A stretch of DNA of 64,000 nt. Origin: a virus. Both the position numbers and the translations under genes were made by a program. This document shows positions 17,549-26,202 of the stretch, one piece after another. The notes below the pieces were generated by a model. It had not been told where the DNA came from. It saw only the letters and a program-made list of their open reading frames with translations, and did not search any database. How positions within the stretch are numbered: position 1 is the stretch's first letter; each line of letters begins with the position of its first letter. The DNA is taken from the IMG/VR virus record IMGVR_UViG_3300045988_176431, positions 160,001 through 224,000 of that record; one strand, 5' to 3'.

Positions 17549-19264
17549 CTAAGCTTCTGGAAAATTGTCTACGACTACTGACGTATTTATCAAGCGTTGA
17601 CGGGCATAAAAAACCAGTTCATCAGGTGTTACTGGAACACTTCCTGTAACATATCCACAGTCTGGACACACAACATTCTTAACACTAAATTCTACACCGT
17701 ACTGAGCAATACATTTCTGATAGATAGCAGAAATAATTTCAATATCAGTAGATGGCGTAAACTCAGCCAAAATATTAAGCATCTTCATACCGTTTGTAAT
17801 TCTACGATATTTTCCTGATTTTGTTGGAATATTGATCGCACGAACAACCTGAAGTAAGAAACTAAGTTCAACACGAACATCATCAAATTCTTTTCCTTCT
17901 TCTTCAGCTTCTTCTTCCTCTTCTTTCAATCGATTAATAACTGAAAGTACATTCTCTAAATAATCATACATAGAGATTGGACCAACCTCTAATACATATT
18001 TAGAAGCAGGCAATTTCATTCTTGTTACTTTACGAACATCAGATGTTTCTGCAATCTTAACATATTCTTCATAAGAACTTGCTTCTGCAATCTTTCTGAT
18101 TTCTTCCAAATACTTATCACCAGCAGTATCAAAATCAATCAAAGATCTTGTTAAGAAAGTATGGTTAAACTGTTTACCACACTCTTTCTTCTGACATCTA
18201 AATCCAATAGAATCTTTCTCTGGATTTGTTGCAATCACAAGACCATATGTAGCCAAGTTAAGATCTACGAACGCAAATTTCTTCAAGAAATCATCAAAAC
18301 TTTCAAATGCTCCACAAGAAATATTTGTCATACGTTTGTAAACAACTGTTGCTTTCTTACGCATCTTATCATAGTTCAGATAATCTTCATTATCATTGTC
18401 ATCATAAGCAATTGTAATATCAGCAAGTTCACCCCAACTAAGTCCAAGCATATCTGCTTTGAATCCGGATGCAGGGAACACCATATTCTGTTTAGAAACA
18501 GAAAGCTGATGTTTTTCAATATCATCCATGAAACTCATATCATCGTCATCGTTATTTGCATAATCAACTTCCATAGTTTCCAATTCAAGATTTTCTACCT
18601 CAGTAACATGAATTTCATTAGATTCCGTAATTAATTTATTTTCTTTATCAGTAAACGCAACATCACGACCAAGACCCGTCTTATCAATGATAATATTAAT
18701 CTTAGTCTTACGTTTTTCTGTTTTTTCTAAATCCTCATCTGTCACATCTTCTGCTTTCATTGTGACAGGTTCTTTGGATTCTTCTTCTTTAATTTCTTCC
18801 TCTTTAAGCTCTTCTTTCTTTAATTCATGAGCAACTTCACGAGGAATAATATATTTTGCATCCTCTGGTACAATAACATTACCATTTTCATCAACTGTAA
18901 CAGAATCAATTTCAGACATCATTTCTGCATCTTCACCTTGATTTCTCGGTTTACGAACAATAGTAACAAGTTTTGCTTTTTCAGTAGTTTCATTTAATTC
19001 ATTAACTTTTTCTTTTACATCTTCATCACGTTCTGGTGTTTCGAAGACATTTTTAAGAGGAGCACCCTCTTCTTGAGATGCTTTCATCTCTTCATCCGTT
19101 GCAACAATGCCTGGTTGTTTATTTTTAATTGCTTCATCAATTGGAAGTACCTCTTTTTCTTCATTAACAGGTGTTTCCTCTGTATTACTCATCAAACTCT
19201 GAAGATTTAAGGTACTATCTTTTTCTACTTTAATTTCTTCATTTTTTGTTTCTACTTCTGACAT
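17549..19264 (-). CDS. Hypothetical virion-module protein with an acidic N-terminal half and C-terminal Cys clusters
   Basis: 571 aa. The N-terminal 200 aa is E/K-rich. CQKKECGKQF...VVCPDCGY suggests a zinc ribbon. Confidence 0.6.
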   Translation of the reverse strand: MSEVETKNEEIKVEKDSTLNLQSLMSNTEETPVNEEKEVLPIDEAIKNKQPGIVATDEEMKASQEEGAPLKNVFETPERDEDVKEKVNELNETTEKAKLVTIVRKPRNQGEDAEMMSEIDSVTVDENGNVIVPEDAKYIIPREVAHELKKEELKEEEIKEEESKEPVTMKAEDVTDEDLEKTEKRKTKINIIIDKTGLGRDVAFTDKENKLITESNEIHVTEVENLELETMEVDYANNDDDDMSFMDDIEKHQLSVSKQNMVFPASGFKADMLGLSWGELADITIAYDDNDNEDYLNYDKMRKKATVVYKRMTNISCGAFESFDDFLKKFAFVDLNLATYGLVIATNPEKDSIGFRCQKKECGKQFNHTFLTRSLIDFDTAGDKYLEEIRKIAEASSYEEYVKIAETSDVRKVTRMKLPASKYVLEVGPISMYDYLENVLSVINRLKEEEEEAEEEGKEFDDVRVELSFLLQVVRAINIPTKSGKYRRITNGMKMLNILAEFTPSTDIEIISAIYQKCIAQYGVEFSVKNVVCPDCGYVTGSVPVTPDELVFYARQRLINTSVVVDNFPEA

Positions 19265-19290
19265 AATATAAATCCTACCTTTCTATATTT

Positions 19291-19710
19291 TTATGCAAAT
19301 GATGATTGCATAATTTCGTAATTATAAATTACATTATTTTTTGCACCACTTGTAATACCAATCACCAATATATTATTAGCGACTTCTTCTGCTGTTGGAG
19401 CAACGATTAATAATGTAGTTTTACCATCTTCATTTTTTACTACCTTTACATCAATATCACCAGATTCAATATCACTAGTTAATAATGAACATTGTAAAGC
19501 AATTGCTGATTTTATTGCTTTTTCATCAATTGAATCTTCAAATTGATAAAAATATCGTTGAAGATTCAATCCTATTTCAGGCATTGATGGAAAACATCCC
19601 GGCTTACCAAAACATATCATAAGTAATGTATTAATAAGCACATCATTTCCTTTTAGCATTTTTGGTGCATTGAAATCATTTAAACCAAAGACTGGTTCAT
19701 TATAAGTCAT
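19291..19710 (-). CDS. Possible gp25/GPW-like baseplate wedge protein
   Basis: 139 aa. GKPGCFPSMPEIGLNLQRYFYQ resembles the gp25-family core (G.r...p.fGs.l..llF). Confidence 0.35.
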   Translation of the reverse strand: MTYNEPVFGLNDFNAPKMLKGNDVLINTLLMICFGKPGCFPSMPEIGLNLQRYFYQFEDSIDEKAIKSAIALQCSLLTSDIESGDIDVKVVKNEDGKTTLLIVAPTAEEVANNILVIGITSGAKNNVIYNYEIMQSSFA

Positions 19711-19820
19711 GTCCTAACACCAACTTTCTTATTTACTTTAATAATATGTAACCATTATTAAAAATAATTAATTATGTGGACATTTCTTTAATATTTAATA
19801 GAAAGTGAAGGTGAATATAA

Positions 19821-20606
19821 ATGTCTAGTAAAAGAAAGATAAAATGCAAATTTTGTGATGCATTTTTTTATAATTTAGACGATTACGCCTCCCATGTAGA
19901 AAAATATCATAAAGATATGATGCGAAATGATATGACTCCCAGACAATTTGTCTATTTTCTAGTAACCGGAAAAGAACATGGAAGTTGTATCGTATGTCAT
20001 TCGAATACTTCTTGGGATGAAAAGACAAATAAATATAAAAGATTATGTGGTTCGAAAATTTGTCATGATAAATATGTAGAAACTTTTCGTAACCGAATGG
20101 TGAATAAATATGGAAAAACAACATTATTAAATGATCCAGAACAACAAAAGAAAATGTTAGCGAATCGAAAAATAAGTGGTGAATATCGATGGAGTACAGA
20201 CCCTCGTATAAAAATCCAATACACAGGAAGTTATGAACACAATTTCTTAGTATTCTTAGATCATATTATAGGAATGGACCCAAGTAATATTATGGCACCA
20301 TCTCCTCATAATTATTTCTATATATATGAAGGTAAAAAACATTTTTATATCCCTGACATTTTTATTCCTTCTCTTAATTTAGAGATTGAAATTAAAGATG
20401 GTGGTGATAATCCAAATACTCATCCAAAAATTGTTGCTGTTGATAAAGAAAAAGAACGATTAAAGGATGAAGTTATGAAATCAAAAGATATCCCATTTGA
20501 TTACATAAAAATTGTGAATAAAAAACATATTCGGTTCTTAGAGTATTTAGATTTATCAAAACAAAGAGATTTAAAGAATGAAAAGAATAAGATTGTGTTA
20601 ATATAG
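19821..20606 (+). CDS. Zinc-finger plus PD-(D/E)xK-like nuclease (possible free-standing homing-type endonuclease)
   Basis: The N-terminal CKFCDAFFYNLDDYASHVEKYH is a C2H2-type finger. The C-terminal YIPDIFIPSLNLEIEIKDGG fits PD...ExK. Confidence 0.4.
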   Translation: MSSKRKIKCKFCDAFFYNLDDYASHVEKYHKDMMRNDMTPRQFVYFLVTGKEHGSCIVCHSNTSWDEKTNKYKRLCGSKICHDKYVETFRNRMVNKYGKTTLLNDPEQQKKMLANRKISGEYRWSTDPRIKIQYTGSYEHNFLVFLDHIIGMDPSNIMAPSPHNYFYIYEGKKHFYIPDIFIPSLNLEIEIKDGGDNPNTHPKIVAVDKEKERLKDEVMKSKDIPFDYIKIVNKKHIRFLEYLDLSKQRDLKNEKNKIVLI

Positions 20607-20625
20607 AAAGGTGGATAATAAAGAA

Positions 20626-21774
20626 ATGGAATTAAAAAATAAAATGATAATTGATATTTCAACAGAAGAATATAATTTACCAAAATTAAAAGAAATGCTT
20701 GTGAATGGTGATATATCAATCTATGATTTAACGACTCTTTACCCGATGTTTAAAGAGACGACACGATCCTCTTTAAATTTAGGAATAGCAAATTTCCTTA
20801 AAACTGAATCAAATAATAAAGAGGGAAGACTTCATATCATGCCAAATCACATCATAACAAAGAAACTTATGAAATATCTTAAACCTAATGTAGAAGAAAT
20901 TAAGGTACAAGACCATGTAACTTATGGTAAAATTATATTAGAGACATTCTCTAAAATTATAGAAGAAATTAAAAATTTTTCAAAACCTTGTCAGATATTA
21001 TTTAACGAGGCAATCACTCATTCATGTACATCCATTGAAAAGTTATCAAAAGTAGTCAATACATTACTAGAATCTTATGAAAAAATGGATGATGTTGAAC
21101 TTAGTTTTACAATGACAGAGATGATTCCATATAAATTACACCAATATTATACATGGTTTAAATTAATCAATTGCATACCAGGAAGTATTATAGAAACATC
21201 TGGAATTAATGTAGTTTGGGATCAAATAATTAACTTAGATTCAAATAAAAAAAATGAAATTAATTATGGTTTAAATACAATTGATTACTTCATTAAATTT
21301 TCTGAAAAATCAAAGAAAGCTCTTTCTAGATTTTTTAAATTTGAATACACAGGAGATTATTCAGATAAAGATGAGAATGAAGAAAAAATAATATCAAATT
21401 TATTTGGAAAAAAACCTAAAGATATTGATGAATCTGGTATTCGAAAAACCAATATAACAAAACCTTTGATTGAAGATATATTGGAAGAAAAAACAGGAAA
21501 AGAATACTCTATTACATTTGATATTGATGAAAATCAGTTATATCATATCAAAAAAGATTTAAATATTGATATTCATGGAGATTACTTTAAAGCAGATAAT
21601 GGTTTTTGTTATCGTCATTATATTATGGATAACTCTGAACTTGTAACATTATTTAAAATAATTGATGATGATAAAGTTTATGGTATTAGATTCATTAAAG
21701 ATGGAATTAGACTTTACCAATTTAGATTGAATAAAGATAAAAAATATTATTTTGATGAATGGGGATTGGAATAA
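20626..21774 (+). CDS. Hypothetical protein
   Basis: Track ORF 20611..21774, with the ATG at 20626 after AAAGGTGG. Confidence 0.6.
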   Translation: MELKNKMIIDISTEEYNLPKLKEMLVNGDISIYDLTTLYPMFKETTRSSLNLGIANFLKTESNNKEGRLHIMPNHIITKKLMKYLKPNVEEIKVQDHVTYGKIILETFSKIIEEIKNFSKPCQILFNEAITHSCTSIEKLSKVVNTLLESYEKMDDVELSFTMTEMIPYKLHQYYTWFKLINCIPGSIIETSGINVVWDQIINLDSNKKNEINYGLNTIDYFIKFSEKSKKALSRFFKFEYTGDYSDKDENEEKIISNLFGKKPKDIDESGIRKTNITKPLIEDILEEKTGKEYSITFDIDENQLYHIKKDLNIDIHGDYFKADNGFCYRHYIMDNSELVTLFKIIDDDKVYGIRFIKDGIRLYQFRLNKDKKYYFDEWGLE

Positions 21775-21779
21775 AAAAG

Positions 21780-21816
21780 AATTTGAGAAGTATAGATTTT
21801 CTATACTTCTCAAATT
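21780..21816. terminator. Bidirectional terminator hairpin
   Basis: AATTTGAGAAGTATAGA...TCTATACTTCTCAAATT. Confidence 0.75.
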
Positions 21817-21819
21817 TAT

Positions 21820-23040
21820 TTATCCTTCATATCCTTTCGGATACCAACTTACAATTAATTGTGAGTTATCTGGTATTTTATAATTTGTAATATACTTCTT
21901 AATTTGGAGTAATTGAACTCGATATCGATTCAATTGATTCTCCGAATTTGGGATAATATATTTTTTTGCTATTTTTGGATTATCCATAATAGAAAGATAA
22001 TATTCAATCATATCAAGTTTACTATTAATATATGACATAAGCATAATCTTATCATCAATGGATTGGATATCCTGTGATTTCATAGCTACATAGTCAATTT
22101 CATTTTGATTAACTGGTTTCAATTTTTTCTTTCTAATGTCAAGGAATTCTGTCATATAAGAATCCTCAATAATAGAATCTATTTCATTATTTACAGACTC
22201 GTATAACCACTCGTCAGTATAAGTAGTTTTCTGAAATGGGTTACAAATATCATTAATAAGTCCATTTACAGTTTCTGTCATATACATATCTTCTGGTAAA
22301 CGACCTGTAATTTCTTCATAACTTTCTTTCACCAATTTTGCTTTTCGTTTTTGAAGCATTTCAATTGATTTTTTCATATAATCAGTTGAGGTGGATAAAT
22401 TCTCACGAGATAATCCTCTTTGCTCAATCTTTGTCATTGCCGAAATCAATTCATTCAAATATCCATTTTTAACAGAGAATTGATCAGCTTTCAATTCTTT
22501 TTTTAAATCTGTTCTTGTATTACCATAAACACAAGCATTGATAAGTGGAATTTGAATCATCTTTTTAAACATTTTTTGTTTTAAGATAGATTTTGACTGG
22601 AACGGCATTGATACAAATGAGTATTGAATAACCATTTTGATTCTGGTTGGAACAGAATCTGTACAAACAACATGACCAATCTCATGTAATAATAAAGCAG
22701 ATAATTCTCTATCTGTAAATGAATTATCTAATACTCGTTCATCAATTTCAATCGTCCATTTATTACATTTTTCCCATAAATCTGTAATTGTTTCTTTTTT
22801 ACTCTTTTCATTTAAAAGATTAGATGTAATCTTATCTAATGCAGATTGTTCTGGAATAACAGACATAACAAAAGAATATTTTCGTTCTTTTGTTTTGATA
22901 ATTTTCACAGTAAAATCTTTTTTATATATCTTTTTTAAAGTGACCTCAAGTTTTTTAATGGCGTCTTCTTTTTTCATTCCATTTTTTAATTCACTAAAGA
23001 TTGCTTCAAATTCTTTTTTGTCTTCTGGAGATAATTTCAT
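21820..23040 (-). CDS. HExxH zinc metallopeptidase-like protein
   Basis: ALLLHEIGHVVCTD contains HEIGH. 406 aa, downstream of the capsid gene. Confidence 0.5.
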   Translation of the reverse strand: MKLSPEDKKEFEAIFSELKNGMKKEDAIKKLEVTLKKIYKKDFTVKIIKTKERKYSFVMSVIPEQSALDKITSNLLNEKSKKETITDLWEKCNKWTIEIDERVLDNSFTDRELSALLLHEIGHVVCTDSVPTRIKMVIQYSFVSMPFQSKSILKQKMFKKMIQIPLINACVYGNTRTDLKKELKADQFSVKNGYLNELISAMTKIEQRGLSRENLSTSTDYMKKSIEMLQKRKAKLVKESYEEITGRLPEDMYMTETVNGLINDICNPFQKTTYTDEWLYESVNNEIDSIIEDSYMTEFLDIRKKKLKPVNQNEIDYVAMKSQDIQSIDDKIMLMSYINSKLDMIEYYLSIMDNPKIAKKYIIPNSENQLNRYRVQLLQIKKYITNYKIPDNSQLIVSWYPKGYEG

Positions 23041-23393
23041 TTTTACACCACCATTTCTTTTTAATTATTTTCGAATCTATATTAAACTAATGTTTTTCAA
23101 TAAACAATGAATAGAAAAGAGAACTGAGTAATGTCAGCTCTCTTATGTTCTTAATTCATTCATCCTGCCTTTTTTGTTATCCTCCAGGATGAAGTACCGG
23201 ACAACTTCATCCTAGAAAATAACCACGATCAAATTACAAATAAATAAGGGAGGATAAAGTAAGAAAAAGTATTGTGTCAACAGAGGGACACACAATCCAT
23301 CTTACACAAGTGATTAAATCAACATATTCTACCAGGCTTTATAGAATACGAGACTTTCACACTTTAAGTATATGTTTTTATATTTTAAGGTCA

Positions 23394-23430
23394 AAAAAGA
23401 GATACTAGGAAATTCCTAGTATCTCTTTTT
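23394..23430. terminator. Terminator downstream of the capsid gene
   Basis: AAAAAGAGATACTAGGAAATTCCTAGTATCTCTTTTT, flanked by A/T runs. Confidence 0.8.
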
Positions 23431-23466
23431 AATAGTATTATTTATAAGGTATTCAATCTCATTGGA

Positions 23467-25194
23467 TTAAACAAAATCTGCATTATCAAATGCAATATCA
23501 CCCTGAATACCCTGAACATGTGCATTCGTATATCTGGATGTTCCCATCAGATATGTAGCCGAACCACCTGGAAGATCAGGAGAACGATATGCAGAGTTTG
23601 CAGCTGTCATAATATGAGAAGAATATTTCCAATGCTTGAAGGTAATTGTATCCTTCGTTGTTGGGAATGGAATAATTCTCAACGTATTCATAGAAGAAGC
23701 GTTGATCTTCATAGCAGATACAACCTTAACTTTGATGTTTCCGCTTGTCATAACACCATAACTGTAATTCAGTTTAACACCTCCAACAGTATCGCCCTGA
23801 CGAACAACCCAGTTTACATTAGGGTCAAGCAGAGAGATATAACGAGGGTTACCATAAATTACGAATGTTAAATCTTCCAACTTAGCTGTATCAGCTAACT
23901 GGATTAAGAAACGATCAATCGTAAACTTCAACTGAGTTGCAATGAACTCACTTGGAAGTGCAGTTGTAGCGATTGTAGAATCACAATCGAAACGATGCTT
24001 AGCAACAAATGGATTGAAGTCAAGCGGATCTAAAACTGCTCCATCATATTTCTTAAACATCTCATCAAGATAATCAAGTGTCTGACTATCTTCCATCTGA
24101 ACAAGGATGTCGTTCAGATTTACATATGTCTTCTTATACAGATCTTCATTCAGAAGAGCTTTTGCATCTTCCAACTGCTCAAGAGAATATGGAATATCTG
24201 TACGGAATCCATCTTCAATCTTCCACTCCATGTCTTCACGAGTGTAATCCCAAGTTACAGCTCTTTCATTCTTTTCGTTTGAAAGATATCCTGTGAAGCT
24301 TACACCTTTAATCTGACCAGATGCAGAAGATAATGTAATTTTATTTGTTACAAAGTCACAGAAACCTGTTACGATATCGTTAACAGTAACATCCTCTTTA
24401 GTTTTGTTCTGAACTTTAACATCACGGATTACTCCGCCTACCCACTGACCATCTGCAAGATTTACAGTCATAGGTCTCTTAAGAACAACTTCTGTTCCAT
24501 CTTCAAGATAAACTTTATCAATCTGAATATTGATTGTAATGTTTTCACGTGTTGGGATAGAAGCATCTGTAAGTTCATCAATGATATCATAATCAAAGAG
24601 AGGAAGATTTACCTGCTTAGTATTAATCGGAAGACCTTTACCAGCTTTGAAAATCTCTTTATATTCATCATTGAAGAAGCACTGTGGGTACTGCCATCTC
24701 TTCTGTGTCTTAGGGTCAACTACCCATGTACGCTCAATCTGTTTCTTGATTACTGGAGATTTTGTAATCTCAGTATCAACAATGGCTTTCGAAATACATT
24801 TTGCATGAGAACGAACAACCAACGGCAAATCTACAGACTTAACAGGTAACAAGTTACCAACACGTGTAGACTCCATTACAAGGTCATTTACTGTATTATC
24901 ATACAACTGAGAAACTTCTTCGTATAAGTTTCCAGGTGTCAATTCACCATCTTCTCCTACAGACTCATTATAGAATCCAGACAGAAGAGCATCTTTAAAA
25001 GTATCAATCAGTTCCTTGCTTTTGATAAACGTGTTTACTTCTGTTTTGTAATCACAAGCACCGGATACTGCGTTTGCAGCTTCAGTAAACAAAGAATCGA
25101 AATCATTTGCAGATTGATTCATACTGAATCCGCCTACTGTGGCAGTTTCTTCGAAATTACTACCACTCTCGGTTAAAAATGGTAATCCATTCAT
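23467..25194 (-). CDS. Putative major capsid protein
   Basis: Track ORF 23467..25218; the ATG at 25194 has RBS AAAGGAG. 575 aa. GC and codon usage differ from the neighbours, and the gene has its own strong terminator. It follows an acidic scaffold-like gene. No diagnostic motif was recognised. Confidence 0.5.
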   Translation of the reverse strand: MNGLPFLTESGSNFEETATVGGFSMNQSANDFDSLFTEAANAVSGACDYKTEVNTFIKSKELIDTFKDALLSGFYNESVGEDGELTPGNLYEEVSQLYDNTVNDLVMESTRVGNLLPVKSVDLPLVVRSHAKCISKAIVDTEITKSPVIKKQIERTWVVDPKTQKRWQYPQCFFNDEYKEIFKAGKGLPINTKQVNLPLFDYDIIDELTDASIPTRENITINIQIDKVYLEDGTEVVLKRPMTVNLADGQWVGGVIRDVKVQNKTKEDVTVNDIVTGFCDFVTNKITLSSASGQIKGVSFTGYLSNEKNERAVTWDYTREDMEWKIEDGFRTDIPYSLEQLEDAKALLNEDLYKKTYVNLNDILVQMEDSQTLDYLDEMFKKYDGAVLDPLDFNPFVAKHRFDCDSTIATTALPSEFIATQLKFTIDRFLIQLADTAKLEDLTFVIYGNPRYISLLDPNVNWVVRQGDTVGGVKLNYSYGVMTSGNIKVKVVSAMKINASSMNTLRIIPFPTTKDTITFKHWKYSSHIMTAANSAYRSPDLPGGSATYLMGTSRYTNAHVQGIQGDIAFDNADFV

Positions 25195-25320
25195 TTTTTT
25201 CACTCCTTTAATTTTCATTTTATTATTTCTGTTTTTTCACATCTTTTTGAACCCTCAGATTCAAATAATAAAATAGACATTACTTTGGATTTCTTTTATT
25301 TATATGTTTTATCATAAGAA

Positions 25321-26187
25321 TTAAGTTTTAGATTTAATTTCATTTAATCTTATCTTTTTTAATATCTGTAAAATAAGATTAATACTAGTCATAATTCTCT
25401 GATAGAAAAACATAGATTTTGTGAAACTTGATTTTGCAAATTTCATAATCATGTAATCCTTCATAAGTTCTTTTATTTTTATCAATTTGATACTGAGTTC
25501 TTTGTATTCTCTGTTTAATTCTCCATCATCAGATGTAATAGTATTGATTTCATCAATATATTCATCTAAACTTGTATAAACGTTTTTAAACTTCTGATAA
25601 AGATTGTATTTATACATTTGCTCTACTTTATCATCTTCTCCTTCTCCGGATTGATCTTCTCCTTGATCTGGTGTTTCAGAATCTGTTGTTTGAGCTTCTC
25701 CTTCCTCTCCACCATCTTCAGGAGGATTATCAGCATCTGCTGTGTAATCTTCATCATCCGTTATTGGTTCATCCGGAGTTCCTTCCTCTCCACCATCTTC
25801 TGGTGTTTCAGAATCTGTTGTTTGAGCTTCTCCTTCCTCTCCACCATCTTCAGGAGGATTATCAGCATCTGCTGTGTAATCTTCATCATCCGTTATTGGT
25901 TCATCCGGAGTTTCTTCCTCTCCACCATCTTCTGGTGTTTCAGAATCTTCCGGAATATCTGTATCTGAATAATCCTCTTCATCAGTTATTGGTTCTTCTG
26001 GAGTATCAACTTCTTCGTCATCATCCATTGTTATCTCAGAATCCTTTGTATAATCTCGTCTTCTTTTATCTGATAACTTTAAATCAATAACTTTCATATT
26101 TGATGGTTTTGAATCATCTGCTTCTTGAAATAAATTATATTCAAAAAAAGGAGATAACTTTTTACGTGTATCAACTTCAACAACCAT
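25321..26187 (-). CDS. Highly acidic repeat protein (scaffold-like or internal head protein)
   Basis: D/E/T/P-rich centre with a duplicated 44-aa unit and a helical C-terminus. Lies immediately upstream of the capsid gene. Confidence 0.5.
   Translation of the reverse strand: MVVEVDTRKKLSPFFEYNLFQEADDSKPSNMKVIDLKLSDKRRRDYTKDSEITMDDDEEVDTPEEPITDEEDYSDTDIPEDSETPEDGGEEETPDEPITDDEDYTADADNPPEDGGEEGEAQTTDSETPEDGGEEGTPDEPITDDEDYTADADNPPEDGGEEGEAQTTDSETPDQGEDQSGEGEDDKVEQMYKYNLYQKFKNVYTSLDEYIDEINTITSDDGELNREYKELSIKLIKIKELMKDYMIMKFAKSSFTKSMFFYQRIMTSINLILQILKKIRLNEIKSKT
25671..25934. repeat. Tandem direct repeat, 2 x 132 bp, inside the acidic protein gene
   Basis: GTGTTTCAGAATCTGTTGTTTGAGC... recurs at 25671 and 25803. 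It encodes TPDEPITDDEDYTADADNPPEDGGEEGEAQTTDSETPEDGGEEG twice. Confidence 0.85.
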
Positions 26188-26202
26188 ATCAATCAACCCC
26201 TT

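Noticed and set aside
17361-17625. Programmed -1 frameshift extending the 571-aa protein (the -1 frame is open for 85 codons across its stop)
   Set aside because: There is no canonical slippery heptamer in the 22-codon overlap. A TTG start with a nearby GAGG gives a simpler explanation, a separate 59-aa gene just below the track cut-off. It is kept as a low-confidence CDS.
21820-23040. Calling the HExxH protein the prohead maturation protease
   Set aside because: Known prohead proteases of large myoviruses are serine (herpesvirus/T4 gp21-like) enzymes. Only the HExxH motif is visible, so it is annotated generically.
25618-26090. Plus-strand ORFs 25618..25968 and 25671..26090, antisense to the acidic repeat gene
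   Set aside because: These are repeat-induced antisense open frames. They have no RBS and low-complexity translations, and the minus-strand gene fits the operon.
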